DNA of 21,468 nt from Methanobacterium sp. (GTDB lineage Archaea > Methanobacteriota > Methanobacteria > Methanobacteriales > Methanobacteriaceae), in NCBI GenBank assembly GCA_003166335.1, contig PMWA01000099.1, positions 5,632 through 27,099 of the forward strand, in the 5' to 3' direction. The translations under genes and the position numbers were made by a program. Each line of letters begins with the position of its first letter. Position 1 is the first letter of the stretch. This document shows positions 19,382-21,468 of this stretch, one piece after another. The notes under the pieces are model-generated. The model searched no databases, was not told the DNA's origin, and worked only from the letters and a program-made list of their open reading frames with translations.

Positions 19382-19397
19382 AAAATAATATATATAT

Positions 19398-20918
19398 TCA
19401 TTTTCTATTTTTAGTCAACGTGGACATTTCATTCCTTATTAATTCTATATCCTTAAATTGATCGCTTATCCAGCTGTATATATTTCTATTGCTAACAATA
19501 TTGTATAAATTTTTTAATCGCCGTCTTCTTTCATTTTCATCCATTGTTATGGCCTGGTAAAATGCTTCAGCTGTTTGGCTAATGTCATATGGATTCACAG
19601 GGATTGTTTCTTCTTTAATCTCCTCAAAACAACCTGCTGCTTCAGATAATATCAGTACCCCGTTTTCTTCATTTACAACTGCCGCTTCCTTGGGAACAAT
19701 GTTCATACCATCAGAAATGGGATTCACAATTAGACAGTCGTAGTTTTTAAATGCAGCAACAACAAAATTGTAGTTAGCTTTAAATATGCATTCAACAGGT
19801 TTCCAATTATTTCTAGCATACTTATGGTTAATTTCTTTGATGATTGTTTGAACATCATTTAAATAGTTCCGGTATTCCTTTATCTGTTGTCGGGTGGGTT
19901 TTCCAGTTATTAAAAATACCACTTTCTCAAGGTACTCTGGATGTTTCTCTAAAAAAGTATCGAATGCTTTGAATCCTCTTATAATATTTTTGCTTAAGTC
20001 TAACCGATCAGTTCTGTAAAAAAGGAATTTATTTCCCTTAATTCTTTTTACAATCTTCTCTTTTTCCTGCACGTCCTTTGATGCAGCCATGTTTTTTAAT
20101 CCCTCAGAATTAACTGAGATAGGGTAACTTTTAACATGTGTTTCGTTGCCGTTGCGATACACTATCTGGTTTTCATAGTCTATTTTGTCTGCAAATTCTT
20201 CACAGGTTCCAAGAAAGTTGTCCACGTATCTTGGAATGTGAAAACCCAAGAGATCGTTTGCGAGAAGACCATCTATTATGGAATCCCTCATGTAGTGGGG
20301 CAGAATTTTAAAGTAATCTGACTGTGGCCATGGAATATGTATGAAATGACTTAAAAAAGTATTTCTCAATTTACGACGAATAATTGCAGGACAAAGATAA
20401 AGGTGATAGTCCTGCAACATTATCATAGGCTCTTTATCATTGCTCTTGCTTTCTTCCACTACATGATCCGCGAATTTCTTGTTCATATGGAGGTAACCTT
20501 TTTCCCAAGCTTTGTGAATGTTATCATCAATGTTAGGACTGTAGGGGCTGTTCCACATGTAGTGTTGTAAAAACCAGAGGAGTGGATTACTTATTACACT
20601 GTAATATTCTTCGTAATATTCTTTTTCTGCAACAACAAATTGAACCCAAAATTTTGGGTCCCCTTCGGGTATGGGTACCTTGTTTCCAGGGAACCTTGCT
20701 GCTACCACGGCATCTCCTAGGGTCATGGCACTTGCAATCCATACACCATTCAATGTTTCCATGAGGGGAAGTAATGTTGATACAAGCCCGCCAGCACCTC
20801 TTTTAATTTTTATACCGTCGTTTTTATGTTGAAATTCAACTGGTCCCCTGTTAGAAACTACAATTAAATTTTTATCCTTTAAAAACTCCAATATTTCCTT
20901 TTCGTGGGGATAGTTCAT
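19398..20918 (-). CDS. otsA: trehalose-6-phosphate synthase (GT20), paralog B (canonical residues)
   Basis: SNRGP, GAGGL, YYSVISNPLLW, QDYHL, HIPWP, DRLDLSKN, PTR and DGMNIVPKE motifs; downstream of the phosphohexomutase-like gene. Confidence 0.88.
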   Translation of the reverse strand: MNYPHEKEILEFLKDKNLIVVSNRGPVEFQHKNDGIKIKRGAGGLVSTLLPLMETLNGVWIASAMTLGDAVVAARFPGNKVPIPEGDPKFWVQFVVAEKEYYEEYYSVISNPLLWFLQHYMWNSPYSPNIDDNIHKAWEKGYLHMNKKFADHVVEESKSNDKEPMIMLQDYHLYLCPAIIRRKLRNTFLSHFIHIPWPQSDYFKILPHYMRDSIIDGLLANDLLGFHIPRYVDNFLGTCEEFADKIDYENQIVYRNGNETHVKSYPISVNSEGLKNMAASKDVQEKEKIVKRIKGNKFLFYRTDRLDLSKNIIRGFKAFDTFLEKHPEYLEKVVFLITGKPTRQQIKEYRNYLNDVQTIIKEINHKYARNNWKPVECIFKANYNFVVAAFKNYDCLIVNPISDGMNIVPKEAAVVNEENGVLILSEAAGCFEEIKEETIPVNPYDISQTAEAFYQAITMDENERRRRLKNLYNIVSNRNIYSWISDQFKDIELIRNEMSTLTKNRK

Positions 20919-20957
20919 TGAATCACATCATGTTCAATAAGTCAGATAATTAAAATT

Positions 20958-21468
20958 CTAAACATTTTCAATTATCCTTTTAACTGAAGCTGTTAATTTT
21001 TGCAGTTTTTTTGAAGATTTAGATTCTATGTAGATCCTTATTAAAGGTTCGAATCTGGAGGGTCTCACCAATATGAATGAATCTTCCATTTCGACCCTCA
21101 GACCATCTACTGTGTTGATGTCCTTTTCAGAGTCAAAACTGCTTTTAATAGTGTCTATAACTTTCATTTTTTTCCCTTGTTCACATTTTAGCGTGAAAAA
21201 TGTGCGAGGATATTCTGCTATTTCTTGGGTCAGTTTTGAAAGGGTTGTATCCTCCCTGGCAAGTATCTCAAGCATGCGGACCACAGCAAAGATTGCATCG
21301 TAGCATGTCTGGAATTCTGGGAAAACATACATTCCAGGTTCATCACCACCAAAAACTGCATTATTATCAATTACCTCCTTTAAAACTTGGTTTACGGATG
21401 TTTTTATGAGATTTCCACCATACTGGGATACCACTTCATCCAGTGATTGTGATGCCACCACTGAAGAT
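20958..21468 (-). CDS. phosphomannomutase/phosphoglucomutase family protein; C-terminal part only, starts beyond the right edge
   Basis: GGDEPG...CYDAI, VDGLRVE and LVRPSRFEPLIRIYIES (domains III-IV); the reading frame is open to the window edge. Confidence 0.85.
   Translation of the reverse strand, partial: SSVVASQSLDEVVSQYGGNLIKTSVNQVLKEVIDNNAVFGGDEPGMYVFPEFQTCYDAIFAVVRMLEILAREDTTLSKLTQEIAEYPRTFFTLKCEQGKKMKVIDTIKSSFDSEKDINTVDGLRVEMEDSFILVRPSRFEPLIRIYIESKSSKKLQKLTASVKRIIENV

Noticed and set aside
19231..19397. Possible gene remnant between the GHMP kinase and otsA
   Set aside because: The minus-strand frames I translated are broken by stops and show no recognisable motif.
11182..21409. ORFs at 11182-11388, 11402-11767, 12433-12669, 13238-13420, 15715-15954, 18216-18593, 20136-20321, 20582-20764, 21073-21303 and 21200-21409
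   Set aside because: Antisense shadows or low-complexity products of AT-rich DNA, with no SD or family motifs.
1..21468. CRISPR arrays, tRNA/rRNA genes, IS elements, integrases and defence systems
   Set aside because: I saw no regularly spaced repeats, cloverleaf-like GC-rich segments, terminal inverted repeats or transposase/nuclease motifs. Intergenic gaps are short and AT-rich.

Overview
AT-rich DNA from a methanogenic archaeon; gene content and order point to Methanobacteriales (Methanobacterium-like). About 1-11.2 kb is a housekeeping block. On the minus strand: pdaD, IMPase/NADP phosphatase, NAD kinase, cfbE, hemC and a partial Gfo/Idh/MocA oxidoreductase. On the plus strand: aIF-5A, agmatinase, a TIGR00300/ornithine cyclodeaminase-type protein, an FAD oxidoreductase and adenine deaminase. 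About 11.2-16.4 kb is an accessory patchwork: membrane protein, degenerate receiver, SAM methyltransferase, flavodiiron protein, a hypothetical, a PsbP-like protein and several unannotated small ORFs. About 16.4-21.5 kb holds two convergent GT20 (trehalose-6-phosphate synthase family) paralogs with an atypical GHMP sugar kinase between them, followed by the 3' part of a phosphohexomutase-like gene. The best candidate for an undescribed system is the GT20 paralog plus GHMP kinase cassette, both with active-site substitutions, which may make a non-trehalose sugar or compatible solute. I saw no rRNA, tRNA, CRISPR array or transposase. All assignments come from motif recognition by eye; no database searches were run.
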